Virus record (IMG/VR): IMGVR_UViG_3300021961_000033
Location: 62,001 to 117,201 of that record
Origin: an uncultured virus (IMG/VR IMGVR_UViG_3300021961_000033)
Lineage: Duplodnaviria; Heunggongvirae; Uroviricota; Caudoviricetes
Direction: 5' to 3' (one strand)
DNA length: 55,201 nt
Positions 27,420-37,334 of the stretch are shown one piece after another; positions within the stretch are counted from its first letter, which is position 1, and each line of letters opens with the position of its first letter. The notes under the pieces were generated by a model. The model saw nothing but the letters and a program-made list of their open reading frames with translations, searched no databases and was not told the origin of the DNA. A program made the position numbers and the translations under genes.

Positions 27420-30400
27420 TAACTTGCAACTCCTACGCTAAGTGCTGTTACACTTTGCCCACTTGTTAGTGCAATACGCACCAGCACAACATTGCCTGTT
27501 GCATTGGTGGCGTTTTCACTACCTAATGTCATTGTGTAACCTCCACTGAGTGAAGTGCTTGTTGCTATTCTATCACCTGAAGTAAACGCACAGCCGTTAC
27601 TTCCGTTACCGCCACTGCCTGTATTACTTCCTGGTACACCACTACCACCGTAAGTTGTACTAGCATCTAACCAACCATTAAGACCACTTGCACTGTCAAT
27701 AGCAGTGCCAGGCGCTGCAATCCAAAGTCCTGCAATGCCACTGCTTGTAATGTTAATATCAAAGTTAGCCATTGTAGTTCTACGGAATGCAAATGTAAAG
27801 TATTGTGTTCCTGTATCAGCACTGCGATCTGGACCTACTGGCAGGAAGCCTGTGCTATAATCTGTTACATCATATTTGAGAACACCCAATCTAATAGTTG
27901 CTTCTTTGGTTCCTTCAACACCTGGATCTGCACTTTCAGTATAAGGACTGTTTGTGTAGAAGTTTGTAGCACCATTGAATGTTGGTGTATCTGTAGTTGC
28001 TGCATTAAAGTCAAATATGCGAACACCGTCGTCATCAAATCCAGCACCTAAACTATCGCTTACTGCAATAGCAATTTCACTAATACCGCTCTGCGCTGCG
28101 GTATGCACTTGAACTTTTTCATTAATATTAGCATAACTACCAATGCCGTTAGCGTTTCTTGCACGAATTTGTAATTGCTCAACTGTTCTTACACTAGAGC
28201 TTGTTACAGGAATACTTAAGTTACCAATAGCATATGCTGAACTCACGCCAGTGTCTACATTTGGAATACCACCTGTAAGCATACTACTAGCACCATCAAT
28301 GTTAGCATATGTATAATCTTGTCCAGTAATTGCTGCGCTGCTTGTGCCTTCGGCATTTGTGCCACTGTCAATCTCAACGATATTTGTTTGGTTAGTGTAT
28401 GCTTGACCTGTCAAATCATCTATTGTTGTACCAGCAAGTTGTAGTGTAGGCGAACCTGTGTTGTAATAAGGAATACCTGAAATATAACGCTTGCTACCAC
28501 CCGAACTTTCTGTAAGTGTGCCAGTTTCAGCAATATTTGGGACTAATGTAACATCATCACGCAAAACATGTACATAGTTTGTATTGCCTGTTGCGTCATG
28601 TGTTAATCGTTGAGCGTTTAGACCCACACTATAACCTGATAATGCTTTTGTAATCTTAGCATCAAACACCTGGTAAAAATTACTTGGGTAACTTCCATTG
28701 ATGCTGTTGTAATCAACTTGCTGTGAAACTACAAGGCTTGTAAATGTTCCTGTTTCCCCAGTGGTAGTAGTAAATGTTTTTGTGCCATCATTTACAGCAT
28801 TAATTTCTGCTGCTAGTGTACCACTTGCACCATTGTATGCATCATTTACTGTACTTGTGTCAATAGTACCGCTAGTGTAACGTCTGGCTGTTGATGTGTT
28901 AAGAGCAGTGCCTGCTGCCAGTGTACTTGCTGCGCCCGTATTGTCAGTAAATCCTGCACACAATACTGGTAATGTGCCTTGAGCAGCATCGCTAAGTGTT
29001 ATACTCTTTGTGCTTAGGTTTGCAGGTGCACTTGGTGTTGCTTTTAAAGTAAATGTAATGCTAGTATCTACATCTGTTTGTGCAGTTATATCTGGAGTTC
29101 CATTTGCTGTAAAGGATAGGTTGTAAGTGCTTACACTTTGACCTGCATAATCATGATCTAGTGTAGCGCCAATACTACCAGCACTTGATCCATCTTCACT
29201 TGGTGTATCGTTTGTGCTGCCGTCTGCCCAGTTGTATACATAATCATCTGCATTTTGAGAAGTGTTTGTAGCACGAACTAGAGCACGGTTGTTGCCAAGT
29301 AAATCAGTAAAGTCATAAATTGTATACTGATTATCGCTGCTACCATCACTTACTGTTACCGCTGTAGCAGCAATATTTGCTCGCACATCAGGCTCGACGT
29401 GCACGGTAAATGTACTGCTTATAAACGGTGAACTTGTATGATTACTAATAACTCTTAAAGTACCAGTATAGTCAACTGCAACACCATTTGCTTGGTTAGC
29501 ACTGCTAAGTGCATAGGTATGGGTAAGCCCAACACCTCTGTCACCTGCTGCACCAGTACCAGCATTTACTGTTACATTACTTGTTCCATCACCAAACTGG
29601 TATTGATATTGTATGCCGTATGTTGCATAGTTACCAATAGTTGATTCTGTTGTGTTTGTAAATGTAACAGGATGGCCGCTAGTGCCTTCCTGATTAATAC
29701 CACTTGTACTGCTAAGTGTTACAGTAGGGGTGTGAGTATCATAAATCTTATAATTGTTAGTGTCGCTTGTTGGTGTTACACCAGGTGTTGCTGTACTGTG
29801 ACTGTCTAGGGTTAGTGTAACTGTTCTTGTTACTTCTTGTTCTGTGCTTGCTGTAAATGTATGAGCAAGTCTTGCGCCTGCTGTACCGCCTGCTGAACTA
29901 TCATTTGTAATTACATCGTCGCTAGATCCATCACCCCAGTCCCAGGTGAACTGAATTGTTGCTGCGCCAATGTTTGTTGTATTGTTTTGGAAGTATACAG
30001 TATCGCCATCGTCCCATTGTGTAATAGGAGAACCGCCACTGCTAGCTGCATATGCTGCAAAACTCACTACAGGATTTGCAGTGTAAATGGTAATATAACT
30101 TGATCTAGTTTTACTTGCTTCACTACCAGTGCCGCTACCGCCATTGTTGTATGCTCTAACCGTTACATCAAAGGGTGAGCCAACATTTGTACTGTATGTA
30201 TGTGTTGGCGTGCTGTCTGTTGTGCCTGTGGTAACACTTCCATCCCCCCAGGTAATATCATATCTGTTAGGATTGCCCACAGTAGTAATAGTAAGTGTTA
30301 CTACTAATCCTGCACCGCCTGTTGTTTGATCTGCGGTAAAATCTACACTCTTAACAAAGGTATTGTTACGAACATTTTCAACCATTTCGTTGAGATCATC

Positions 30401-30973
30401 AATAGCATCTGTTACTTTTACGCTGCTTGTCCAACCCGTATATGCTGCTGGACTTGTTAAACTGCTATCTGTTGGAGTTCCTAGCGTAATCTCCATACCA
30501 GTACCAACAATACCACTACTTACTTGACTATCTACATATGCCTTCGTTGCAAGGTCTTGTGCACTAGTTGGATCAGCAGCATTTACAACCTTGCTGCTAT
30601 TAACATTAACATTACCAGTACCACTAGCAACTAGAACAATATCATCATTGCTTCTTGTAGCAGTAATTTTATTATCTGTAAGTTGTAAACCATCAACAGT
30701 AAGAGCACTGCCATCAAATGTAAGTAGCGCACTATCTTGCAATTCACCACTTGCACCTGCATAGATAACTCTTGTATTTGTTAAATCTGTAACATTAAGA
30801 CTAGTGAGTTGACCTTGCCCGTCTACTGTAAATAATTGGGAAGGACTAGTTGTACCAATACCAATGCGGCTATTTGTATAATCAACTACTAGGGTATCGG
30901 TATTAAACGCAAGATCGGAATCTCTTTCTAAATTAGCTCTTAGAGCTTTGCCTCCAATACGACTAATAGCCAT
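27419..30973 (-). CDS. Large virion protein with four PKD-like domains, 1184 aa
   Basis: YDITWGDGS..PTHTY, FTWDWGDGS, YQYQFGDGT, YVYNWADGS; N-terminal fibre modules. Confidence 0.75.
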   Translation of the reverse strand: MAISRIGGKALRANLERDSDLAFNTDTLVVDYTNSRIGIGTTSPSQLFTVDGQGQLTSLNVTDLTNTRVIYAGASGELQDSALLTFDGSALTVDGLQLTDNKITATRSNDDIVLVASGTGNVNVNSSKVVNAADPTSAQDLATKAYVDSQVSSGIVGTGMEITLGTPTDSSLTSPAAYTGWTSSVKVTDAIDDLNEMVENVRNNTFVKSVDFTADQTTGGAGLVVTLTITTVGNPNRYDITWGDGSVTTGTTDSTPTHTYSTNVGSPFDVTVRAYNNGGSGTGSEASKTRSSYITIYTANPVVSFAAYAASSGGSPITQWDDGDTVYFQNNTTNIGAATIQFTWDWGDGSSDDVITNDSSAGGTAGARLAHTFTASTEQEVTRTVTLTLDSHSTATPGVTPTSDTNNYKIYDTHTPTVTLSSTSGINQEGTSGHPVTFTNTTESTIGNYATYGIQYQYQFGDGTSNVTVNAGTGAAGDRGVGLTHTYALSSANQANGVAVDYTGTLRVISNHTSSPFISSTFTVHVEPDVRANIAATAVTVSDGSSDNQYTIYDFTDLLGNNRALVRATNTSQNADDYVYNWADGSTNDTPSEDGSSAGSIGATLDHDYAGQSVSTYNLSFTANGTPDITAQTDVDTSITFTLKATPSAPANLSTKSITLSDAAQGTLPVLCAGFTDNTGAASTLAAGTALNTSTARRYTSGTIDTSTVNDAYNGASGTLAAEINAVNDGTKTFTTTTGETGTFTSLVVSQQVDYNSINGSYPSNFYQVFDAKITKALSGYSVGLNAQRLTHDATGNTNYVHVLRDDVTLVPNIAETGTLTESSGGSKRYISGIPYYNTGSPTLQLAGTTIDDLTGQAYTNQTNIVEIDSGTNAEGTSSAAITGQDYTYANIDGASSMLTGGIPNVDTGVSSAYAIGNLSIPVTSSSVRTVEQLQIRARNANGIGSYANINEKVQVHTAAQSGISEIAIAVSDSLGAGFDDDGVRIFDFNAATTDTPTFNGATNFYTNSPYTESADPGVEGTKEATIRLGVLKYDVTDYSTGFLPVGPDRSADTGTQYFTFAFRRTTMANFDINITSSGIAGLWIAAPGTAIDSASGLNGWLDASTTYGGSGVPGSNTGSGGNGSNGCAFTSGDRIATSTSLSGGYTMTLGSENATNATGNVVLVRIALTSGQSVTALSVGVAS

Positions 30974-31057
30974 ACTTGTTCTCCGCTATCTTGCGCTCAC
31001 CATGCTAACATCCGAGGTGACAGGGTGCTGTTAAGTTTATTTATGTTATATTGGACT

Positions 31058-31489
31058 TTATCCAGATGTTACAGAATCATATCCGTGAATAACAGTAATA
31101 GTTTCTGCTGCGCCTGGAGGACTTGTAAAGGTAATAGTTGTTCCGCTAAGTGTATAAGCACTAGCTGGATTCTGATAAACGTTGCCTACTGCAACAACAA
31201 TGCGTTGTGTTTGGTTGCTTGTTACACTTGTACTCATTGTGTAGGCTAAAGTTGAACCATCGCCTGTAAAACTGTCTTGTGTAATGCTTGCAAACCCAGT
31301 GTTTGCTACACTGACAAATGACGTTCCATTATAAACTTCTAAACTGCTTGTATCTAAATTAAAACGTAGTTCACCAGCTATAGGAACATTACTTCTATCT
31401 GCTGTTGTTCCTGCTGGGACACTTAACCCGCCGCCGTCAAGTGCCTTTACACTAAAAATTGGATCTTTTACTTTAATAAATCTAGGCAT
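31058..31489 (-). CDS. Small virion structural protein
   Basis: Built from the GTTADR..GELRFN and FTGDGST...VYQNP...SGTTITFTSPP modules seen in the larger fibre genes. Confidence 0.7.
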   Translation of the reverse strand: MPRFIKVKDPIFSVKALDGGGLSVPAGTTADRSNVPIAGELRFNLDTSSLEVYNGTSFVSVANTGFASITQDSFTGDGSTLAYTMSTSVTSNQTQRIVVAVGNVYQNPASAYTLSGTTITFTSPPGAAETITVIHGYDSVTSG

Positions 31490-31491
31490 GA

Positions 31492-31800
31492 TTAGATACC
31501 TACATAACTTACTGTAGCATAGATACTGTTAATAGCACTAGCTGTTGCTTGAATAGTGTCACCATTTGATAACACAATTTTTTCAATGTTTAAAATATAG
31601 GTATCAGCAGCATCAATACTTAAATTTTTAATAATCTGTGTTGATGTGCCTGCACTGCCGCCGTTAGGCACAACATAAACGTCTAGTGTTCTTGCACTAG
31701 CGTCATCATTCATAAAGAAAATAACAGTAGTAGCACTATTGCCACTTGATGTATATATTGTAGTTGCTGAATTTGAAACTAGTTGTTGCGCTATAGCCAT
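31492..31800 (-). CDS. Small beta-rich virion structural protein
   Basis: Co-oriented ORF in the late block, AAGGA SD. Confidence 0.7.
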   Translation of the reverse strand: MAIAQQLVSNSATTIYTSSGNSATTVIFFMNDDASARTLDVYVVPNGGSAGTSTQIIKNLSIDAADTYILNIEKIVLSNGDTIQATASAINSIYATVSYVGI

Positions 31801-31812
31801 TATATTAAATCC

Positions 31813-32499
31813 TTAAAATATTAATCCATAAACGATGGCTTTGCTTTTACTTACAAGTTCGTCACTTGTACTACTATCTACAAAGAAGAGTCCAGTTCCG
31901 CCACCGCCTGCTGTTGCAGCATATAATAAAGTGGAACTTGCTATCTGAGTTGGAGCACCCCCCTGGTCAACTAATCTAAGATATTGATCCAACTTTAATT
32001 CTTCTTCTACGGTGGCCGCTGCACTACTAACAACTACTCTGCCTGTGCCATCTGGAGCTAGTGTAATATCACCATTAGATGCTGCTGCTGTTACAATGTT
32101 ATAGGAATTAACATCTAAATTGCCACCTAATTGTGGACTTGTATCATCTAATACAGCAGTTAGACCAGAACCTGATGAACCTGTAAGAATTGGAGTATAT
32201 GTGCTGCCGCCATTAGTTGTAATTTTAAACAGATCATCATTTTCATCAAAAACTATTTCAGCATTAGCAAGTGATCCACGATCTATTTCTAAACCACTAT
32301 ATCTTCCTGTAACACCTGCACCTGATTCACCATCATTTAAAGTAATTACTCTGTCACTGATTACAGTATCAGTAGTTGACACTGTTGTAGTTGTACCAGA
32401 AACTGTTAGGTCTCCAGTAATGATAGTATTACTGTTTAAGTTTATAGTGCCTGTAGGATCAAAAGTTAAATCACCTGTTACACGCTGAGTTCTAGACAT
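31813..32499 (-). CDS. Virion fibre/structural protein
   Basis: GLEIDRGS...IVFDE module; DTSPQLGGNLDVN motif typical of phage fibres. Confidence 0.7.
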   Translation of the reverse strand: MSRTQRVTGDLTFDPTGTINLNSNTIITGDLTVSGTTTTVSTTDTVISDRVITLNDGESGAGVTGRYSGLEIDRGSLANAEIVFDENDDLFKITTNGGSTYTPILTGSSGSGLTAVLDDTSPQLGGNLDVNSYNIVTAAASNGDITLAPDGTGRVVVSSAAATVEEELKLDQYLRLVDQGGAPTQIASSTLLYAATAGGGGTGLFFVDSSTSDELVSKSKAIVYGLIF

Positions 32500-32522
32500 A
32501 TGTCATACCTGTTCATACAATT

Positions 32523-33104
32523 TTAAATATTTATCATAGCTTTGAACTTGTCCACTGTATGTATTTCAAAATTGGCATACAGTTTCCAGGATTCAGGCGT
32601 ATATTTTAACAGGGGATTAACATGAACTATTCTAGTCGTACTAAACTCTTGGATTATCTCTGTTATTTGGTTTTCCCAGTTTCCATGATAAGTTGGCTCA
32701 CTGTCAGTATTTTTGTAATTGTCAGTGCCAGCATACAAGTTGTTTATGTAGGAATTGTCACTTACTAAATCCATTCCAATCATAAAGCAATATGGATAAC
32801 CATCTTTACATGCTTGTGCTAATGCGTTTGGGCCACTGCTATATCCTTGCCAGCGTGGATCCAGTGCTTTACTTTTTACCCCTGGTTTTATATTCCGTTC
32901 TCTAGTGTAATGAACATGAGTATCTGGATACCCACTTTCAATTATCTCGTTACTAATACTAGGATCTGTGCTTATTAACACATCAACTTCATCTGTTCTA
33001 TAAACAGCATTGCATGCATAAACCACGCCGCGGCTACGCAATTCTGGAATATTAAATGCCAGGCGAGTTTTTCCGTTTCCTAGAATAAAAGCAAATTCAG
33101 TCAT
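32523..33104 (-). CDS. Maf/DUF115/Cst-like Rossmann-fold protein, paralogue of 10918-11682
   Basis: AFILGNGKTR, YACNAVYR, SSGPNALAQACKDG...FMIGMDL. Confidence 0.55.
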   Translation of the reverse strand: MTEFAFILGNGKTRLAFNIPELRSRGVVYACNAVYRTDEVDVLISTDPSISNEIIESGYPDTHVHYTRERNIKPGVKSKALDPRWQGYSSGPNALAQACKDGYPYCFMIGMDLVSDNSYINNLYAGTDNYKNTDSEPTYHGNWENQITEIIQEFSTTRIVHVNPLLKYTPESWKLYANFEIHTVDKFKAMINI

Positions 33105-33106
33105 AA

Positions 33107-33151
33107 TAAAAGGCTACAGTAAAGTATACTGTAGCCCTCTATATTTGTCAA
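33107..33151 (-). promoter_or_regulatory. Overlapping terminator hairpin and sigma70 promoter
   Basis: TTGACA-17nt-TATACT; the -10 lies within the GGCTACAGTA/TACTGTAGCC stem, which is followed by TTTT. Confidence 0.65.
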
Positions 33152-33162
33152 TACCAAAAAAA

Positions 33163-33624
33163 TTAGTTTGTTACAACTTGGAATCTGCCTGGTTGATTTA
33201 CATCACCAATAGCATATGTTGAGGTATCGATAGCAACTGCTGAAGTTTGGTCATTTACCCACTGTACACGGTCGCCTACTGCAACTTGTGAACCTGTGCC
33301 TAAAGCACCAATTTCAATCCAGTTGTTTGAAACACGACTAACAAAGTATGTACCGGCCGCACTGTCTGTGGCTGTAAGCTGACATTCACCTTCGGCAAGT
33401 GAACCACTTGCTACTGCCTTAAGTGTACAAGTTTCAGTGCCATCACTTGTTGTTACACGAAAACGATGTGTACCTTTTTGTGTAATACTTGATGTATTAT
33501 TTGCACTTCCACCTGTAACATATGCGATCATTTGAATTTGTTCGCCTGTACCGGAATCTGCGCCAATGTCACCTACGTGAAAATTACCATCAACTGTTTT
33601 TGCTGTTCTTAGAGGTCTACCCAT
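33163..33624 (-). CDS. Probable virion (capsid-associated) protein, 153 aa, starts MGRPL
   Basis: Strong AAAGGAGA SD before ATG 33624; own late promoter and terminator; near the major capsid gene. Confidence 0.65.
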   Translation of the reverse strand: MGRPLRTAKTVDGNFHVGDIGADSGTGEQIQMIAYVTGGSANNTSSITQKGTHRFRVTTSDGTETCTLKAVASGSLAEGECQLTATDSAAGTYFVSRVSNNWIEIGALGTGSQVAVGDRVQWVNDQTSAVAIDTSTYAIGDVNQPGRFQVVTN

Positions 33625-33716
33625 TTGTTTTCTCCTTTCAAGAAGTCCAATCCAAGTTCTACTTGGTACGCGGTGGGGCCGCATAAGCCTAATTTATAAG
33701 CATAAGTATTTATAGA

Positions 33717-34319
33717 ATGAGCCTGTTAAAATTTTCCTATAAAAATCATACATGGGGTATAGTACGCAACCAAAAGTGTGCAAGTACAAGTATATTGAGT
33801 TACATTGCACAGGTATTATGGGGTGCAGATCCATCAGAAATTCAAGCATACAATACATTTAGTAAACATGCTCCTGGTGTATATTTTAAGTCCTTAAATT
33901 TTGAGGAATATAAAAATCAACTTGCAGAATGTGATACACGTATTGCAGTTTGGCGAGATCCAGTTGATAAATTTGTTAGTGGATTTTATCACACAATGTT
34001 TTCTCCTACCGGAGCTCAAGATGCGCTGTGGATAGGGCCACCTACACTAGATGAATTTTTACATAATTTTGATTATTATTATGAAAATAGTTTAGGTGTT
34101 AGAGAACATTGTAATACTAACACTGCAAGGCTAGGTCCCAATCCTGGTTTTTACACAGATGTTTTTAATTATAAAGATAATGCAGTAATTGCTAGTCTTT
34201 TAGGTGCACAGACCGTAGTTAACCACAGAGCAACAGATCCTAAACCTAAAATAACAGACAGCCAATATTATAAAATTTTACAATTACAATACAAAGATTA
34301 TACTAACGGATGGTGCTAA
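33717..34319 (+). CDS. Sulfotransferase-family-like protein
   Basis: 5'-PSB-like KCASTS and 3'-PB-like RDPVDKFVSGF motifs. Confidence 0.7.
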   Translation: MSLLKFSYKNHTWGIVRNQKCASTSILSYIAQVLWGADPSEIQAYNTFSKHAPGVYFKSLNFEEYKNQLAECDTRIAVWRDPVDKFVSGFYHTMFSPTGAQDALWIGPPTLDEFLHNFDYYYENSLGVREHCNTNTARLGPNPGFYTDVFNYKDNAVIASLLGAQTVVNHRATDPKPKITDSQYYKILQLQYKDYTNGWC

Positions 34320-34347
34320 AAAAAAGGGAGGCATAAAGCCTCCCTTT
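34318..34347. terminator. Intrinsic terminator of the major capsid gene, probably bidirectional
   Basis: A-run, GGGAGGC-ATAAA-GCCTCCC, then TTT, between convergent genes. Confidence 0.85.
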
Positions 34348-34367
34348 CTCAACTTATGAGTTAGTTA

Positions 34368-35564
34368 TTAGCTGAAGCTAATGTTTTGCATTGCAACTTC
34401 ACCTACATAGTCACCGGCATTACCGAGTGAACTTGCGGTGTTTGATAGCTCTACATAACCGTAGCGTGTCATAAAGCTAACAACTGGCTCAAATGTGCTT
34501 GGGTCAAGTACTGTACCTGAGCTCATTAGCGGAACATATGGGCAGTAGAATGCTGCTGCGTCTGTTTCACTTGAACCCTTGTAACCAACGAGTACTGCTT
34601 TGCTGTCGCCGGCATAACCGTCAACATAAACACGCATTGCACCGTTAAGTGTACCGACAAATTTGGTGTTTGTTGGTGCTTCGAAAGTACCTTCTGTTGT
34701 ACGAGCAAATGCACTTGTGCTTGCGCTCTGTAGAACTGTTAGTGCTTCCTGGCTAACAACTGCCCAGTTACCTGCACCACGACGTGTGCGCTGAGCAATC
34801 TTGTTTGCTGTACGGTTGATAAGAACTGCAAGAGCTGCATGCTCGTCACCAACGTAGGTAGCTGTACCACTTACTGCTGCCTGGTTGAAGGTTTCTTCAG
34901 TTGCAGCAAGGCTGCGGAGTGAAGCAAGAACTTCTTGGTCAATTTCAGCGGTAATTTCTTGTGCTAGAGCAGCCATAATTTCTGCTTCAACATCAATACC
35001 ATGCATGCTCTGTGCGTCTTGAGCTGCCTCAAATGTCCAGCGAGCTTGTAACTTACGTGTTTTAGCTTCGACTGGCTGCTTGAGGATCTGGATGCTGATC
35101 TGGCTACCGCCGTCACCTTCCATAGCCGCTGTTGCACCTGCACGACCTGTGCTTGATGTTGATGAAGTTGTGCCTGAATATGCTGTAGCAATTTTGAATG
35201 GGCTAAGAGCTTCATCACCTGCTACTGTGTCTGTGCCGAGGTCACCACTTGCTGTTGAAGTGATTGATTCTGCATAACGAACACGTAGTGTGTGAATCTG
35301 GCCAACTGGGCCCTGCATTGGTTGAACACCAACGATTTCGTTGGCGATAACTGTTGGCATAACGCGGCGGATAACTGGTAAGATAACTCTGTTGAGTGTG
35401 GCTACGTTACCACTTGCGGTTGCGCCTGTTGATGCAGCTTCTGAGAGATACTTCTTTGTGTTCTCTAGAATAACTGCCATGCTGCTGCGGCGATTGCCTT
35501 GTAGACCCTCTAGAAGAGCATCTTTTGTTTCGCCCCAACGGCTTTCTAATAGTACGTCTGACAT
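34368..35564 (-). CDS. gp23: Major capsid protein (gp23-like)
   Basis: LPVIRRVMPTVIANEIVGVQPMQGPVG, VEAKTRKLQARWTFEAAQD..SMHGIDVEAE, AFYCPYVPL, MTRYG. Confidence 0.97.
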   Translation of the reverse strand: MSDVLLESRWGETKDALLEGLQGNRRSSMAVILENTKKYLSEAASTGATASGNVATLNRVILPVIRRVMPTVIANEIVGVQPMQGPVGQIHTLRVRYAESITSTASGDLGTDTVAGDEALSPFKIATAYSGTTSSTSSTGRAGATAAMEGDGGSQISIQILKQPVEAKTRKLQARWTFEAAQDAQSMHGIDVEAEIMAALAQEITAEIDQEVLASLRSLAATEETFNQAAVSGTATYVGDEHAALAVLINRTANKIAQRTRRGAGNWAVVSQEALTVLQSASTSAFARTTEGTFEAPTNTKFVGTLNGAMRVYVDGYAGDSKAVLVGYKGSSETDAAAFYCPYVPLMSSGTVLDPSTFEPVVSFMTRYGYVELSNTASSLGNAGDYVGEVAMQNISFS

Positions 35565-35586
35565 TGTTTTTGTCTCCTCTAGTACT

Positions 35587-36687
35587 TTACTTTAAGCCTG
35601 CCAACTTGCGAAGTTCTACAATGTTACTTGTGTCAACTTCTACAGGTTGTGGTGTTTTAACTTCTTTGTCTCCAGTTCTAGCTACACGGCTTTCAGCAAC
35701 CATTGTCTTTTCAGCTCTTGGTGCTTTTCCGTCTAATACTACTGGAAGATAACGATCATAAGCAGCTTTGAGCTTGCTTGTCTGAACGCTTTCTAGAAGG
35801 TCACGCATTACTGCGCCTTTTTCTTTATTGAGTGGCTTCATGAGTTCTGCCATAACTTCCTTGCGCTGGGCAGCTTCGTTAATGGCTGTGATTTCACTTT
35901 CTTTGCTCTCAATAATGTGTGATTTCTCTGCGATTGCAGCTTTTGCTTCAGTTAGTGCTTGATCTGCTTCTTGTAATGAACGTTTTAGATCTTTAATTTC
36001 TTGATTTTCATTTAGATAACTTGCACTAAATTCACTAGCAAATGCTTCGAAAATCTTGCGACCAAAGTTATTGGCTTTGGCTGCTTCGATGTCTTCACGT
36101 AATTGATTGATCTCAGCATTTAGATTATTAGCAACTGCTTCCTTAACAAGTTTACTGCTGTTTTCAATAAACTTTGATTTCATTTCGTTAAACTTGCTAC
36201 GAGCTTCTTTTACAAGACGAACTTTGGTTTCAACAACATCTTGACGATCTTCCTGGAACTCAATAATTTCCTTAGCAAGAGCTTCTGTAATAAAGGCTTC
36301 TATCTTTGCTACATGTTCTGCTTGCTGTGCTCTGTCTGCCTGAAATTCTTGGATTTCTTCTGCAAGTTGACTTACTAAAAACTTATCAAAATTGCCAGTT
36401 GTGTCTTTCATACGTGCTACAAACTTAGCACGGTCTTCTGCAAGACGCTTCTTTTCTTCCTGAATAAGTTCTAGTTCACTTGTTAGGTTTTCAGTTACCA
36501 TACGATCTAAGGCTTCAACCATTACACTCTTATCGTGCTCATAGCGTTGAGCGAATTCCTCACGGAGCTCTGCTCTGACCTGCTCTTTGGTTTCCACCAA
36601 CTTGGATTGCCACGCCTCTTCAATTTGGCTGCGGGTCTCTTCGTTGACCAGGTCGCTATCTAATAATGGTTTGATAGCATCTAGCAT
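35587..36687 (-). CDS. gp22: Prohead scaffolding/core protein (gp22-like)
   Basis: Coiled-coil and Glu-rich; GRKIFEAF; lies between protease and capsid genes. Confidence 0.8.
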   Translation of the reverse strand: MLDAIKPLLDSDLVNEETRSQIEEAWQSKLVETKEQVRAELREEFAQRYEHDKSVMVEALDRMVTENLTSELELIQEEKKRLAEDRAKFVARMKDTTGNFDKFLVSQLAEEIQEFQADRAQQAEHVAKIEAFITEALAKEIIEFQEDRQDVVETKVRLVKEARSKFNEMKSKFIENSSKLVKEAVANNLNAEINQLREDIEAAKANNFGRKIFEAFASEFSASYLNENQEIKDLKRSLQEADQALTEAKAAIAEKSHIIESKESEITAINEAAQRKEVMAELMKPLNKEKGAVMRDLLESVQTSKLKAAYDRYLPVVLDGKAPRAEKTMVAESRVARTGDKEVKTPQPVEVDTSNIVELRKLAGLK

Positions 36688-36696
36688 CTTCGTCTC

Positions 36697-37320
36697 CTAG
36701 ATCTTTAGGTCCTTGATAAGACGAACCATTTCGTCTTTCAAGTATTTTTGTACTTTAGCATTGCCATTTGCTTCTCTGGCAATCTCAAGGACATTGTGCC
36801 CATTACGCATATTAAGTAAGCCTTCATAGATGGCTTTAGGATATGCATTTGGTGCACTGGGTTGTGCCACAACGTCAACTGTGACAATTTCGAAGTCAGA
36901 TACATTACCAGTAGACTCGGCAACATTACCGCTGCCCCTACTGCTAACACCCAACTTTACTCCGCTTTCCAACATGGTTCTTACTAGTTGACCCATTGGA
37001 GTAGGTAGTATCTTTAGTTTTCCATAGCCGTTAGGGCCGTCCATCCACATTTCTGTAATCATATGGCTGACGCGATCCAAGTTAATCTTTAAATCGTCTG
37101 GATGATCTACTTCACCAAGCACACTATTGCCTGATGTAATTTGATCATTGAGCTGCTTAACGGCATTAGAAATTTCATTAACGGGGTAAACACGCTGATT
37201 TGCGTTTTTAACCCCGCCCTGAATACAAATGCCTTTCATGTAGAGATCCTTACCATCGTTCGCAGATTCTGTTACTACACGAGCTTGATCAAAAGTAAGG
37301 TGTTCTCTGAGGTAGTTCAT
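36697..37320 (-). CDS. gp21: Prohead protease (gp21-like)
   Basis: KNANQRVYP, GEVDHP, INLDRVSH, TPMG, LGVSSRGSG, DVVAQPSAPNAY. Confidence 0.95.
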   Translation of the reverse strand: MNYLREHLTFDQARVVTESANDGKDLYMKGICIQGGVKNANQRVYPVNEISNAVKQLNDQITSGNSVLGEVDHPDDLKINLDRVSHMITEMWMDGPNGYGKLKILPTPMGQLVRTMLESGVKLGVSSRGSGNVAESTGNVSDFEIVTVDVVAQPSAPNAYPKAIYEGLLNMRNGHNVLEIAREANGNAKVQKYLKDEMVRLIKDLKI

Positions 37321-37334
37321 ATAATCTCCCTACC

